A stretch of DNA of 64,000 nt from Myxococcota bacterium. GTDB lineage: Bacteria > Myxococcota_A > UBA9160 > UBA4427. The translations under genes were made by a program, and so were the position numbers. Under the pieces are notes generated by a model. It was not told the DNA's origin, did no database searches, and worked only from the letters and a program-made list of their open reading frames with translations. The stretch covers positions 399 through 64,398 of the forward strand of contig JASMLK010000137.1 of the NCBI GenBank assembly GCA_030748735.1. Direction: 5' to 3'. Positions 52,109 to 61,988 of the stretch are shown here, one piece after another (positions within the stretch are counted from its first letter, which is position 1; each line of letters starts with the position of its first letter).

Positions 52109-53848
52109 CTACGCGGCACTCTTCCGTTCTTTCCAGTCGCACGGCGACCCGTCGAACACCACCTGACCACGTCGCATGACGATGACCTGGTCGAACGCCT
52201 GGAGATCAACGACACGCGCCATCGAGACCACGACGGTTCGCTGACCCGCGCGGTCGAGGATCACCTTCAGGCGGCGTTGGGCGTACTTCTTCGAAATTCC
52301 TTCGAGCACACCGTCGAGGACCCAGACCGACGAATCGTCTGCCATCAAGAGGTGGCTCAATGCGAGTGAACGCGCCTCGCGAAACGTGAGTTCGAGTGAG
52401 CTCACGCGGGTCGACAAGCGTCGAGACACCCGTCGTGCAACTTGCCATCCCCCGATTCCCCGGAGCTCTTCCTTCAAGGCAAGGTCCGGCTTGGTCTTAC
52501 TCGGCAGTCCGAGGTGCTTCCACAGTTTTCGGCGGGGCAAGGTCGGTGACTCGGGCAGGTAGCCGACTCTCATGCGTAGCGGGCTGTCTTCGGGTCCGAT
52601 CGAGGTGCCGTCCCACAAGATCTGCCCATCCGCTTCGGGTTCTCGTCCGGCAATCAAGCGCAGCAAACTCGACTTGCCGGAACCGATGGGCCCGATCACT
52701 GCGGTGCGCGACCCGGCCGGAAATTCGAGGGTAGAGCAAACGAGCCGAGGCCCGCGCTCTTCGGAGGAGATCTCGACGTCGTTGAGCTGGAGTGATTCGA
52801 TGAGAGGTTTCGCGGGCGGCGCGATGCGAGTGGTGGCTTCGTCTGCTTGTGCAGCGAGGGAACCGAGGCGGTTCGTCGATGCGACGAGCTTGCCGGTCCT
52901 CGCCACCTGGCGTCCGACCTGCACCATGCGTCGATGTACGGTGAGCGCGTACGCGACGAACAGAAACAGTTCGCCGCCCGAGACCCCTCCACTGCGGACC
53001 TCGTGGACGCCCAACCAGAGCCCCCAACTCATCGTCGCGCCGATCAGGCCGTGCATCGTCCAGGTCGCGAGCGTCATGATCCGAGTCGATCGCAGCTCCT
53101 TGCGATCAGCCGATCCCTTGTTGAGCTCGCGTGGTTCGTAGAAGGCTTCGCGCTCGATCTTCTCGCGCAGGCGTGCCGCGTACTTCCCTTCCTTCTGACG
53201 TTGCTTGCGAGCGCTCCGCTCGATCATGCGCGACGCAACGAAGCCGATCGTGAGCGCAATGACGCCGGCAACGAGGAAGATGTATCCGAACGCACGGGAA
53301 ACCACGAACATGATCGCGGTGACTGCGATGAAGAGAATGGCGTTCGTCGAGCCGTTGAGAACGATTCCCGACAGCTCCGACCGCACCCGGGCACTGTCGC
53401 CGATCACGCGTACGCTGAGGTCGCCAGTGCCGTTCCGTGTTTCGGGACCGAAGCGCGCGCTCCCCCGAACAGCGGCCGCCCGTAGGTCTTCGGTCAGGTG
53501 TGCAGTGAATCGACCGAGATTCAGGCGTTGGACGAACTCGGAACCACCCAATGCGAGCGCAATCGCGGTGTAGGCGGACACGACCGACAGAAGGAACGCG
53601 TCATCTCCCAGGGACGCCCCCTCCGCGGGGCTCGGGAGCTGCGCGGCTTCGAGCACCCAGCGAAGCGGCCAGGGCATTGCAAGACGACACGCCGCGATGC
53701 CGACCGAACCCAGGATTCCGATTGCAAACCAGGATCGATGCGCTCGCCCGAAGTCCCGCAGCGATGCAAAGGCGCGCCGGTACGTTCGCTTTCTGGCCTG
53801 CGTCGCGGGTTCTGGACTCACGCGTCCGGGCCCGAGCGAAAAGCGCAA
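52109..53848 (-). CDS. ABC exporter, fused permease and ATP-binding domains (degenerate signature and Walker B)
   Basis: Six predicted TM helices. Walker A GPIGSGKS. The LSGGQ position reads LSTRV, and Walker B reads VWVLDGVLEG (no catalytic Glu). Confidence 0.75.
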   Translation of the reverse strand: MRFSLGPGRVSPEPATQARKRTYRRAFASLRDFGRAHRSWFAIGILGSVGIAACRLAMPWPLRWVLEAAQLPSPAEGASLGDDAFLLSVVSAYTAIALALGGSEFVQRLNLGRFTAHLTEDLRAAAVRGSARFGPETRNGTGDLSVRVIGDSARVRSELSGIVLNGSTNAILFIAVTAIMFVVSRAFGYIFLVAGVIALTIGFVASRMIERSARKQRQKEGKYAARLREKIEREAFYEPRELNKGSADRKELRSTRIMTLATWTMHGLIGATMSWGLWLGVHEVRSGGVSGGELFLFVAYALTVHRRMVQVGRQVARTGKLVASTNRLGSLAAQADEATTRIAPPAKPLIESLQLNDVEISSEERGPRLVCSTLEFPAGSRTAVIGPIGSGKSSLLRLIAGREPEADGQILWDGTSIGPEDSPLRMRVGYLPESPTLPRRKLWKHLGLPSKTKPDLALKEELRGIGGWQVARRVSRRLSTRVSSLELTFREARSLALSHLLMADDSSVWVLDGVLEGISKKYAQRRLKVILDRAGQRTVVVSMARVVDLQAFDQVIVMRRGQVVFDGSPCDWKERKSAA

Positions 53849-53863
53849 GTGCGACCTGTCGTA

Positions 53864-54976
53864 TCAGTCGGTCGACACACGCTCGACGTCCTCGGGAAGT
53901 GAGGGTTCGAGCCCCGCTGCGTGTCGGACGACCTTGGCGATACGCTCACTCGCGGCTCCCGGCCGGTGAAACAGATGTTCCGCCGCCTGTCTTCGAATCG
54001 CAGCTTCGGTACTCGGGTCTGCGAGGCTCGACTCCACCGCTTCGACTATGGATTCGGGCCCTTCGACGATCTTGCCGAGCTTTCGGCCATAGGTCTCGAG
54101 GTCGAGCGCCGGCGCGCGCTTCTTGAGCTTCTCGAAGAGCTTCGGCGTGTCGAGGAAGATCATCGGTCGATCGAGCAGCGTGTACTCGAGTGCGACCGAC
54201 GACGCATCGGTCAGCAGCAGATCGGCCGAGGCGAGTGCCGGGGCGATGTCGAAGTCGTGCAACAACTTCATGCGCGGACCTTCGCGGCTGGCGAGCTTCG
54301 AGAACCAGTTGGTGTCGCGCTTGGGGTGGTCGTGTGGCTTGACCATCAGGTTCCAGCGGCCGTCTCCCACCAATGCGTCGATGACAGCCTTGCCCATGAT
54401 CTCGAGGGAGTTGTGCTTGTCACCCGTGGGCGCGAAGAGCAGGGTCGGGAGCGCGGGATCGAGGCCGAGGTTCTCGACGAGCTGCCGCGGCTGATCCTTC
54501 AAGGCCATCAGCAGATCCGTCTTGGGGAAACCCGTGAGCAGTGCCGTCGAGGCGTCCGAGCGAATCAGCCCCTGTTTGCGGTACTGCTCGGCGTGATACT
54601 GACCGGGGAGGCAGAGGTAGTCGTACCGAAGTGCCTTCTCGCGGACCGCGAGGTTCTTGAACGAAACACCGTGGAAGATCTGCACCGTACGGTTTGCCGA
54701 ACGTGGAAAGAGGGCGTCCGACAGGTGAGCGCAGACCAGGACGTCGAAGTCCATGTTCTTCGTCTCTGCCGCCGACAGCACCTTCGAATGATCGACGTCG
54801 AAGTCGTCGTAGAAGCCGTCGACCGAGAACGAGACATCGTCACCGTCTGTCGACTTGAAACCACCGGACAGGTAGATGTCGATCTCGGGATCGTTGCGGA
54901 GTTGCTGGTACACCGGGAAGAAGCAGACGAAGTGAACCTTCGCGTAGCCCGAGAACAGGATGCGTTTCTTGGTCAT
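53864..54976 (-). CDS. CDP-glycerol glycerophosphotransferase family (TagB/TagF-like) protein
   Basis: Motifs LLFAPTGDKHNS and LLLTDASSVALEYTLLDRPMIFL match the Glyphos_transf family pattern. Confidence 0.75.
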   Translation of the reverse strand: MTKKRILFSGYAKVHFVCFFPVYQQLRNDPEIDIYLSGGFKSTDGDDVSFSVDGFYDDFDVDHSKVLSAAETKNMDFDVLVCAHLSDALFPRSANRTVQIFHGVSFKNLAVREKALRYDYLCLPGQYHAEQYRKQGLIRSDASTALLTGFPKTDLLMALKDQPRQLVENLGLDPALPTLLFAPTGDKHNSLEIMGKAVIDALVGDGRWNLMVKPHDHPKRDTNWFSKLASREGPRMKLLHDFDIAPALASADLLLTDASSVALEYTLLDRPMIFLDTPKLFEKLKKRAPALDLETYGRKLGKIVEGPESIVEAVESSLADPSTEAAIRRQAAEHLFHRPGAASERIAKVVRHAAGLEPSLPEDVERVSTD

Positions 54977-55020
54977 GGCGATTCCTCTTCAGTTCAGGTC
55001 GAAGCTGGGGTGAGTTGGAG

Positions 55021-56253
55021 TTAGAACCGGGTGCCGACCGAGACCCGCACCAGGGTGCTCTGCTTTTCCGAATCCTCGTCGCCGAGCAACGAGGCGTCGC
55101 GGTTCGTATTGCGGAAGGCGAGTTCAGTCTCGGCGCTTGCAACCCATCGTTTGGCAAACTTCCAGCTCACGCCGGCGCCGACGGCATGTACCTGATCACG
55201 TCGGCCGCGATGCGACAGGTCCATGTCCTCGTTCGATTCGTAGTCGAGCAACCGAAAGTCGTAAGACACCCACGACTTCACGCGATCGAAGGGCTTGACC
55301 TTCATGGTCATCCCGATCTTGTGCTCGTTCCTCGACCGATCGATCTTCACGTCGTCGCGGACGTTGTCGTCGTTGCTGTCGAAGTCACCGTTCAGGTCGA
55401 TACCGAGGTCGGGCTCGTCGAGCAGCACCGCCTCACGGTCGCCCCGAGCGAAGAGCATCGCGAAGCGATAACCGAGTTCGAGGTCGACGAAGCGTCCCAT
55501 GTCCGCGCCGAGAGATGCCTTGGCGTTCCAGGTGTCGGAATCGCGATTCGAGAAGTGCTTCCTGAATCGCCGCTGCCCATACTCGCTCTTGAGCTTGCCT
55601 TCGAGTTCCATCGGCCATATCAGGGTCTTCTTGGCCTTCTTGCGGTGCTTCTTGCTGCCCTTCCACAGGCGTCGTTCGTACTCGACGCGAATGTCCCAAT
55701 CGTCGTAGCGCCCGGTCCGATAGATGCGGTCCGCTTTGTCGATGACGCCGGTACCAACGGAGTCGTCGAAGTAGTTGCGCTTGAACACGCCGATCGCGCC
55801 ATCTGCCCTCAGAGAGACCGAGGAATGCCCGGGGAGGTTCTGGCGGAGGGTCACGCCGAGTTCCGGATAACTCAGTGCCGGATTCATCGTGTACTGATGG
55901 TAGGAGGCGGTCGGCTCGATCGAGAAACGACCAAGCGGCGTCTTCCGGCTGGCGACGACCTTGACCTCTGGAACGACGGCAAAGTCGTCGATCGAGTCCA
56001 TGTTCTTCAGGCGGCCGTTGTCGATGTTCGTTTGAGATTGGGTCTCGACGCGGCCCTTTCCCGAGGTCGTCAGGCCGAAGACGTTGGTTTCGTACTCGCT
56101 CGCGAGTTCACTCTCGATGTGCCAGCGCCAGGTGTTCTTTTTTCCCTTCTCCTTCGCACCCGCGGTGGCGGGAATGAAGAGAACGAAGACCAATAAGGCT
56201 CCGATAGAGCAGCGGACGATGGATCCGAGGGGGGGCATGGGGGGGGGCTCCAT
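55021..56253 (-). CDS. outer-membrane beta-barrel protein, unknown function
   Basis: Signal peptide SIGALLVFVLFIPATAGA. Alternating beta-strand pattern. C-terminal ...VRVSVGTRF ends in Phe. Alternative ATG at 56238. Confidence 0.7.
   Translation of the reverse strand: MEPPPMPPLGSIVRCSIGALLVFVLFIPATAGAKEKGKKNTWRWHIESELASEYETNVFGLTTSGKGRVETQSQTNIDNGRLKNMDSIDDFAVVPEVKVVASRKTPLGRFSIEPTASYHQYTMNPALSYPELGVTLRQNLPGHSSVSLRADGAIGVFKRNYFDDSVGTGVIDKADRIYRTGRYDDWDIRVEYERRLWKGSKKHRKKAKKTLIWPMELEGKLKSEYGQRRFRKHFSNRDSDTWNAKASLGADMGRFVDLELGYRFAMLFARGDREAVLLDEPDLGIDLNGDFDSNDDNVRDDVKIDRSRNEHKIGMTMKVKPFDRVKSWVSYDFRLLDYESNEDMDLSHRGRRDQVHAVGAGVSWKFAKRWVASAETELAFRNTNRDASLLGDEDSEKQSTLVRVSVGTRF
56229..56247. repeat. 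homopolymeric G7 and G9 tracts (C7/C9 on the coding strand) bracketing the second ATG of the OMP gene
   Basis: G7 is at 56229-56235 and G9 at 56239-56247. The coding strand reads ATG GAG CCCCCCCCC ATG CCCCCCC TC. Confidence 0.9.
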
Positions 56254-56797
56254 GTGCAGTTGCACACAATTTTTTCGTCGCACTTCATCGGACCTCCGCG
56301 AGATTTCATTACCAGAAATACGTCGAATTCGTCGACAGAGTCGGAGTCGGAACTCGAGTCGACCGTTCTGCGTGCACCCTGCGAACCGGTTCCCGGCCGG
56401 GGAACCGAAGCTGCTTCTGCGCGAAGCGGTTCGAGCAAGCTGCGGCCCACCTGCGGTGGTGGACGGTCCTGGTTGTGGAGCGGAGTCAAGACTCTCGCGA
56501 TCGCGCTGTTCACCGTGCTGATCATCACGCTGCTGTGACGCTGGAATCGCAAATGATGCCGGTGAACTGCACGTTCCCTCGGGGTCGAGGCGTTGCTCAG
56601 ACAACGATCAAAGAAGGTGCTGTGGTGCGGGGGTAGTTTCTCGCCGTTCGGGCAATGGATGCCCGGCTGCGATCGGCAGGCCCGGACCTCGGGTACTGCG
56701 TCATTTGTCGGATGGCAGCCCTACGTTCGAAGCGGTCAATTGACCTGGCGAATGTAGAATCCCTGCGCGCCATGCCCCGGAGGTCAGCCAGATCGCG

Positions 56798-57982
56798 ATG
56801 TCGACCGGTGAAAACGAAGCCCCTTGTTCGAACTCAACCCGCACCAGCGACCACTCGCCCCGAGCCGCACGGACGTCGTCGGCGCTCCTGACGGCGTTCA
56901 TCGTCGCAGGGGTATCGACGATCCCCTTCGTCGCCACCACCGACGACTCGCCCGAGCCTGGCCGGGCGCTGTTCGAAGAACGCTGCGCCCTGTGCCACGG
57001 ACTCGACGGGAAGGGAGCTCCTGAGAACACGGGGATCGTGGTGCCCCGCCCCGACTTCACCGACTGCGCGTTCGCGAGCCGTGAAGCGGACGCCGACTGG
57101 GGAGCCGTGGCCACCGACGGAGGTCCCGCGCGTGGCTTCAGTCCCCTGATGCCCGCACATCGCGACCTGCTGACGCCGGAGCAGATCCAGCTCGTGCTCG
57201 ATCACGTGCGCGGCTTTTGTAGCGACGACCGTTGGCCCCGCGGTGAATTGAACCTGCCTCGACCGATGTTCACCGAGAAGGCATTCCCGGAAGACGAAGC
57301 GGTCATCACGACCGTGGGCGATGTGAACCGGACGGCCGACGAGGTTTCGACGGAGCTCCTGTTCGAAAAGCGCATCGGACCGCGTGCCATGGTGGAAATC
57401 GCGTTGCCAATCGAATCCACCGACGTCCCGACTTCCAGCGGCGGCGAGAAGAGGGAAACGGGGATCGGCGACCTCGGGCTTGGCGCGAAGTACGCTTTCT
57501 ACCATGACCTCGAAGCGGGTTTCATCTCGAGCCTCGGCAGCGAGTTCAAGTTCCCGACCGGCGACGACGCCCGGGGGCTCGGCAAGGGGAGCGTGGTCTA
57601 CGAGCCGTATCTTGCACTCGGCCAGATCGTTGCCAGCGATGGCTTCGCGCAAGTCCAACTACTCGGCGAGATCCCGACGGATCGCGACCTCTCTGACGAA
57701 GTGCAGCTACGTACCGCACTCGGCTGGACCTTCACCCCGACCCCGCATGGCCGCGTCTTCGCACCCATGGTCGAGATCATCGGCGCATGGGAGCTGCAGG
57801 GTAAAGACGAAGCGAGCTGGGACATCGCACCGCAGATCCAGATTCCCTTGAACCGCCGCCAACATGTGCGGTTGAACGTCGGTGCACGCATCCCCCTGAC
57901 CGACTCCGACACCCGCCCGACGCGTGTCGGCGGCTACCTCCTGTGGGACTGGTACGACGGCGGGCTGTTCGACGGTTGGTGA
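56798..57982 (+). CDS. c-type cytochrome domain fused to an outer-membrane transporter-like beta-barrel domain
   Basis: Haem motif CALCH in FEERCALCHGLDGKG. The C-terminal 250 aa has a beta-barrel-like alternating pattern (GIGDLGLGAKYAFY, GSEFKFPTGD) resembling MetA-pathway OMPs; that resemblance is from memory. Start uncertain. Confidence 0.65.
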   Translation: MSTGENEAPCSNSTRTSDHSPRAARTSSALLTAFIVAGVSTIPFVATTDDSPEPGRALFEERCALCHGLDGKGAPENTGIVVPRPDFTDCAFASREADADWGAVATDGGPARGFSPLMPAHRDLLTPEQIQLVLDHVRGFCSDDRWPRGELNLPRPMFTEKAFPEDEAVITTVGDVNRTADEVSTELLFEKRIGPRAMVEIALPIESTDVPTSSGGEKRETGIGDLGLGAKYAFYHDLEAGFISSLGSEFKFPTGDDARGLGKGSVVYEPYLALGQIVASDGFAQVQLLGEIPTDRDLSDEVQLRTALGWTFTPTPHGRVFAPMVEIIGAWELQGKDEASWDIAPQIQIPLNRRQHVRLNVGARIPLTDSDTRPTRVGGYLLWDWYDGGLFDGW

Positions 57983-57995
57983 GAAGCGCGGGCCT

Positions 57996-59954
57996 CTAAT
58001 CTTCGTCGCTCTCCCGCAGCTTCGCGAGCACGGTGAAGTCCTCGAGGGTCGACGTATCGCCGGCGGTTTCCTTGCCCGCAGCCACGTCGCGCAAGAGGCG
58101 GCGCATGATCTTGCCCGAACGGGTCTTCGGCAGCGCGTCGGTGAAGCGGATCTCGGCGGGTCTTGCGATCGCGCCGATCTCCTTGCTCACGTGTGCGCGC
58201 AGCGTCTGCTTGAGCTTGTCGCTGGCGTCCGTGCCACCAACGGGGCTCACGAAGGCAACGATCGCGGTGCCGGTGATCTCGTCGGGGCGTCCCACGACCG
58301 CTGCTTCGGCAACGTCGTGATGGGAGACCAGTGCGCTTTCGACTTCCATGGTGCCGATGCGATGACCCGAGATGTTCATCACGTCGTCGATGCGACCCAT
58401 GATCCAGAAGTAGCCCTGTTTGTCGCGATGGGCGCCGTCACCTGCGAAGTAGATGTCCTTGCCGTAGCGATCCCAGTACTGCTCCCGGTAGCGCTTCTTG
58501 TCACCCCAGATCCCGCGCAGCATGCCGGGCCACGGTTGGCGCACGACGAGCAGGCCACCGTTCGGCGGCTTCGCGACGTGGCCGTCGTCGTCGTAGATCT
58601 CGGCGTCGATGCCGGGGAAGGGCAGCGTTCCCGAACCGGGCTTCGTGGCGACCGCACCCGGAAGCGGCGAGATCATGATCCCGCCCGTTTCGGTCTGCCA
58701 CCAGGTGTCGACGATGGGGCAGCGCTTGCCGCCGATCACCTTGTGGTACCACATCCACGCTTCGGGATTGATGGGCTCTCCCACCGTGCCGAGTAGACGC
58801 AGCGAACTGAGATCGTGCGCCTTCGGGTGTTCGTCACCGAGGCGAATGAAGGTACGGATCGCGGTCGGGGCCGTGTAGAAGATGTTGACGCCCCACTTCG
58901 CGATCAACGACCACCAGCGGTCGGGGCCCGGGTGTACGGGCACGCCCTCGTACATCATCGTGGTCGCGCCGTTCGCGAGCGGGCCATAGACCACGTACGA
59001 ATGCCCGGTGATCCAACCGATGTCGGCGGTGCACCAGTAGACGTCTTCGTCCTTGATGTCGAAGATCGCCTTGAAGGTGGTGGTGACGTGGGTGAGGTAG
59101 CCGCCCGTCGTATGCAGGATGCCCTTGGGCTTTCCCGTACTCCCGCTCGTGTAGAGAATGAACAGGGGATGCTCGCTGTCGAGCTTCGCGGGGGCGCACT
59201 TCGGACTCGCGTCTTCCATGAGTTCGTGCCACCACTGATCGCGGCCTTCCTTCATGGTGACGTCTTGCTTCGTGCGCTCGACCACGATCACGTGCTCGAC
59301 GATGTCCGTCATGGCAAGCGCGTCATCGACCGCCTGCTTGAGGGGGAACCCGGCCCCCTTGCGGTAGCCGCCGTCGGCCGTGATGACCATCTTCGCGCCG
59401 GCGTCGTTGATGCGATCGCGTAGTGCGTCCGCGGAAAAGCCTCCGAACACGATGCTGTGCGGCGCACCGATGCGCGTGCAGGCGAGCATCGCGATCGCGA
59501 GCTCGGGAACCATCGGCATGTAGAGAACGACGCGATCGCCCTTCTTGACGCCCTGGCTCTTCAGCACGTTCGCGAACTTGCAGACTTCGCGGTGCAGCTC
59601 TGCGTAGGTGATGACGCGCGTATCGCCGGGTTCACCTTCCCAGATGATGGCCGCCTTGTTGCGTCGCTGGGCGCCCGGTCCTTCGACGTGCCGATCGAGG
59701 CAGTTGTAACTGACGTTCAACTTGCCGCCGACGAACCACTTCGCGAACGGCGGCTTCCAGTCGAGCACCTTCTTCCACGGCGTGAACCAGGTGATGTTCT
59801 CTTTGGCGCGCGCAGCCCAGAACTTCTTCGGGTTGTCGGCCCCCGCCTTGCGGTATTCGGCGGCCGTCTTCTTGTTCCAATTGGCTTGCTTCGAAAACGC
59901 CGGGTCGGGTTTGAAGCTGCGCGTTTCTTTGAGCAGGGATTCGATATCGGACAC
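57996..59954 (-). CDS. acs: acetate--CoA ligase (acetyl-CoA synthetase)
   Basis: Motifs [19 protein letters not shown] and [11 protein letters not shown]. 652 aa. Confidence 0.95.
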   Translation of the reverse strand: MSDIESLLKETRSFKPDPAFSKQANWNKKTAAEYRKAGADNPKKFWAARAKENITWFTPWKKVLDWKPPFAKWFVGGKLNVSYNCLDRHVEGPGAQRRNKAAIIWEGEPGDTRVITYAELHREVCKFANVLKSQGVKKGDRVVLYMPMVPELAIAMLACTRIGAPHSIVFGGFSADALRDRINDAGAKMVITADGGYRKGAGFPLKQAVDDALAMTDIVEHVIVVERTKQDVTMKEGRDQWWHELMEDASPKCAPAKLDSEHPLFILYTSGSTGKPKGILHTTGGYLTHVTTTFKAIFDIKDEDVYWCTADIGWITGHSYVVYGPLANGATTMMYEGVPVHPGPDRWWSLIAKWGVNIFYTAPTAIRTFIRLGDEHPKAHDLSSLRLLGTVGEPINPEAWMWYHKVIGGKRCPIVDTWWQTETGGIMISPLPGAVATKPGSGTLPFPGIDAEIYDDDGHVAKPPNGGLLVVRQPWPGMLRGIWGDKKRYREQYWDRYGKDIYFAGDGAHRDKQGYFWIMGRIDDVMNISGHRIGTMEVESALVSHHDVAEAAVVGRPDEITGTAIVAFVSPVGGTDASDKLKQTLRAHVSKEIGAIARPAEIRFTDALPKTRSGKIMRRLLRDVAAGKETAGDTSTLEDFTVLAKLRESDED

Positions 59955-59965
59955 GGGGGCGACTC

Positions 59966-61258
59966 CTACTTCATCCAGGCTTCGACTTCGTCGGGCTCTT
60001 TCGGGATGGCGAGGTTGAGGTTTTCGATGCCGTCTTCGGTGACGACGACATCGTCTTCGATACGGACTCCGATACCACGCAGGTGTTCGGGTGCGTTTTC
60101 GTCGTCGGGCGAGATGTAGATACCGGGTTCGATGGTGAACACCATGCCGGGATCGAGTGTGCGAGGCTTGCCCGCCGTGGTGTAGCTACCGACGTCATGC
60201 ACGTCGAGACCGAGCCAGTGGCTCGTCCCATGCATGTAATAGGTGCGATACGCCTCACTCTTGACGAGTTCGTCTACCGTTCCCTTCAAGAGCCCCAACG
60301 ACACCATGCCTTCGACGAGTGCCCGCACCGTGAGGTCGTGGATCGTGGGGAGCGTCGTCCCGGGTGCGCACGCTTCGAGGGCCTTCTTCTGCGCCGAGAG
60401 CACCACTTCGTAGACCGCCCGCTCGGAACCCTCGAAGCGGCCTCCCACGGGATAGCTGCGCGTCACGTCCGACGCGTAGCACTCGACTTCGGCACCGGCG
60501 TCGATCAGGCAGAGGTTTCCGCCGCGCAGCACGTCCTGGTTGGTGATGTAGTGAAGGATGGTCGCGTTGCCCCCGCCGCCCACGATCGAGCCATCGGCCG
60601 GGCCACTTCCCCCGAGTCTGCGAAACGCGTACTCGAGCGCAGCTTGCAGTTCGTATTCGAACCGGCCGTCGCGACAGAGCTTTGCGGCTTCCTGATGGGC
60701 GACCGCCGAGATCTCCGCCGCGCGTCGCATCAACTCGATCTCTGCGGGCGACTTCGTGAGGCGCATCTCGTGCAGCAGGTCGCGCGGGTCCTTGATCTCG
60801 CTCGGCGGTTCGAAGCCGAGCTTGCTGCGGCCACGGAGTGACTCCATCGTCGAAACCACCGTGCGGTCGAGCTGCTCGTCGCGACCGAGGGTGTGGAACA
60901 AACGAGAGACGCGCTCGAGCTGTTTGGGCAGCTCGTCGAGTAGCGCGTCGATCGGATACGCTTCGTCTGCTCCGTAGTCGGCCTTCGCACCGTCGGTCCC
61001 GGGGCGGTAACCCGTCCAGGTTTCCGCCGCCTTGTCGCGCGGCTGGACGAACAGCGTGAAGGGCGGGCCGTCGCCGCCGGTGCGGAACAACGCGACTGCG
61101 CACGGATGATCGAAGCCCGTGAGGTAGTGGAAGTCGCTGTCCTGGCGGAAGGGGAACTCGGTGTCTGCGGAGCGGGTGGCGAGCCGGTGGCCCACGACGA
61201 TCGCCGCGGCGTCCTCCCCCATGGCTTCGAGCAACCGCTGGCGTCTCTCGGCAAACAC
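59966..61258 (-). CDS. pepP: Xaa-Pro aminopeptidase (M24B)
   Basis: Motifs [26 protein letters not shown] and IEPGIY...[10 protein letters not shown]. Confidence 0.9.
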   Translation of the reverse strand: MFAERRQRLLEAMGEDAAAIVVGHRLATRSADTEFPFRQDSDFHYLTGFDHPCAVALFRTGGDGPPFTLFVQPRDKAAETWTGYRPGTDGAKADYGADEAYPIDALLDELPKQLERVSRLFHTLGRDEQLDRTVVSTMESLRGRSKLGFEPPSEIKDPRDLLHEMRLTKSPAEIELMRRAAEISAVAHQEAAKLCRDGRFEYELQAALEYAFRRLGGSGPADGSIVGGGGNATILHYITNQDVLRGGNLCLIDAGAEVECYASDVTRSYPVGGRFEGSERAVYEVVLSAQKKALEACAPGTTLPTIHDLTVRALVEGMVSLGLLKGTVDELVKSEAYRTYYMHGTSHWLGLDVHDVGSYTTAGKPRTLDPGMVFTIEPGIYISPDDENAPEHLRGIGVRIEDDVVVTEDGIENLNLAIPKEPDEVEAWMK

Positions 61259-61541
61259 GCGCGCAGTCTATCGCGATGCAGCCGATCTGAAGGTGCCACC
61301 TGCGTTTGCACCGGGGAAAGCCTGCATCATTTGTTTCCGTCCGGCGAGAAAGGCTCGCAAGATCGGGGCTTTCCGACTCGGGCCGCATGTCGCGTCTCGC
61401 TTCGACCCGCCTTGACTCGAAGTCGATGCATCAATGGGCGTCGGATCTTTTCGAGATTCTTTTCGGCCGCGACTTCCAGGGAAACTCGAAAAACGTTGGA
61501 ATGGCCGGAACTTGCAGAAACTCGCTGCACTTGGGCGAACT

Positions 61542-61557
61542 TGGCACATAACGTGCT
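61542..61557 (+). promoter_or_regulatory. sigma-54 (-24/-12) type promoter without a coding target
   Basis: TGGCACataacGTGCT, with GG at 61543-61544 and GC at 61555-61556, 10 nt apart. A near-copy of the 3628 promoter (TGGCCGGAACTTGCA, 61502-61516) has 9-nt spacing. Confidence 0.5.
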
Positions 61558-61784
61558 CTTACAGTGAACCAAGCAAGATCCGACGGTGACAGATTGGATG
61601 TTTCGGGCGCGTTCATCCAGTCCAAACCATCACTCGGAGCGAAGACATCCACGAGGCGCTTTCCCCCAAGAACAGCACCCCCGAAGATGCATGTCGCCCC
61701 TGGTGATCGGATTAGGAAGTGGGCCCCCCGGACCGATGGCCGGACCGGGGGGCCAATCCTCCGAAATGAATTCTGTGTCTCTCC

Positions 61785-61820
61785 AAGACTGTAAGACTGT
61801 AAGACTGTAAGTAAGACGGT
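61785..61820. repeat. tandem octamer AAGACTGT x3 plus a degenerate fourth unit
   Basis: AAGACTGTAAGACTGTAAGACTGT (61785-61808) is followed by AAGTAAGACGGT. Confidence 0.9.
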
Positions 61821-61886
61821 AGTTCTGGCGCCGTCCGTCCCAGAGGCGGCGACCAACAGCAAGAACAAGCATTGCTCGTAGCTCGC

Positions 61887-61932
61887 AAAACGAACCGGGC
61901 CCTCGACGAAAGTCGGGGGCCCGGTTTCGTTT
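61887..61932. terminator. bidirectional intrinsic terminator (downstream of rnd; also closes the sigma-54 transcript)
   Basis: AAAACGAACCGGGCCC - loop - GGGCCCGGTTTCGTTT, with A-run and T-run flanks on both sides. Confidence 0.7.
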
Positions 61933-61988
61933 CGGGCAAAGGGGCAGCGGGGCAAAGGGGCAATGGGACAGAGCCCGTCTCTCGCGGC

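Noticed and set aside
61785-61820. Tandem repeats as a possible CRISPR array.
   Set aside because: The units are 8 bp with no spacers, and no cas genes are present in the window.
61895-61925. GAAAGUC string reminiscent of the RNase P RNA P4 motif.
   Set aside because: It is the loop of a simple terminator hairpin. None of the other RNase P conserved regions are present nearby.
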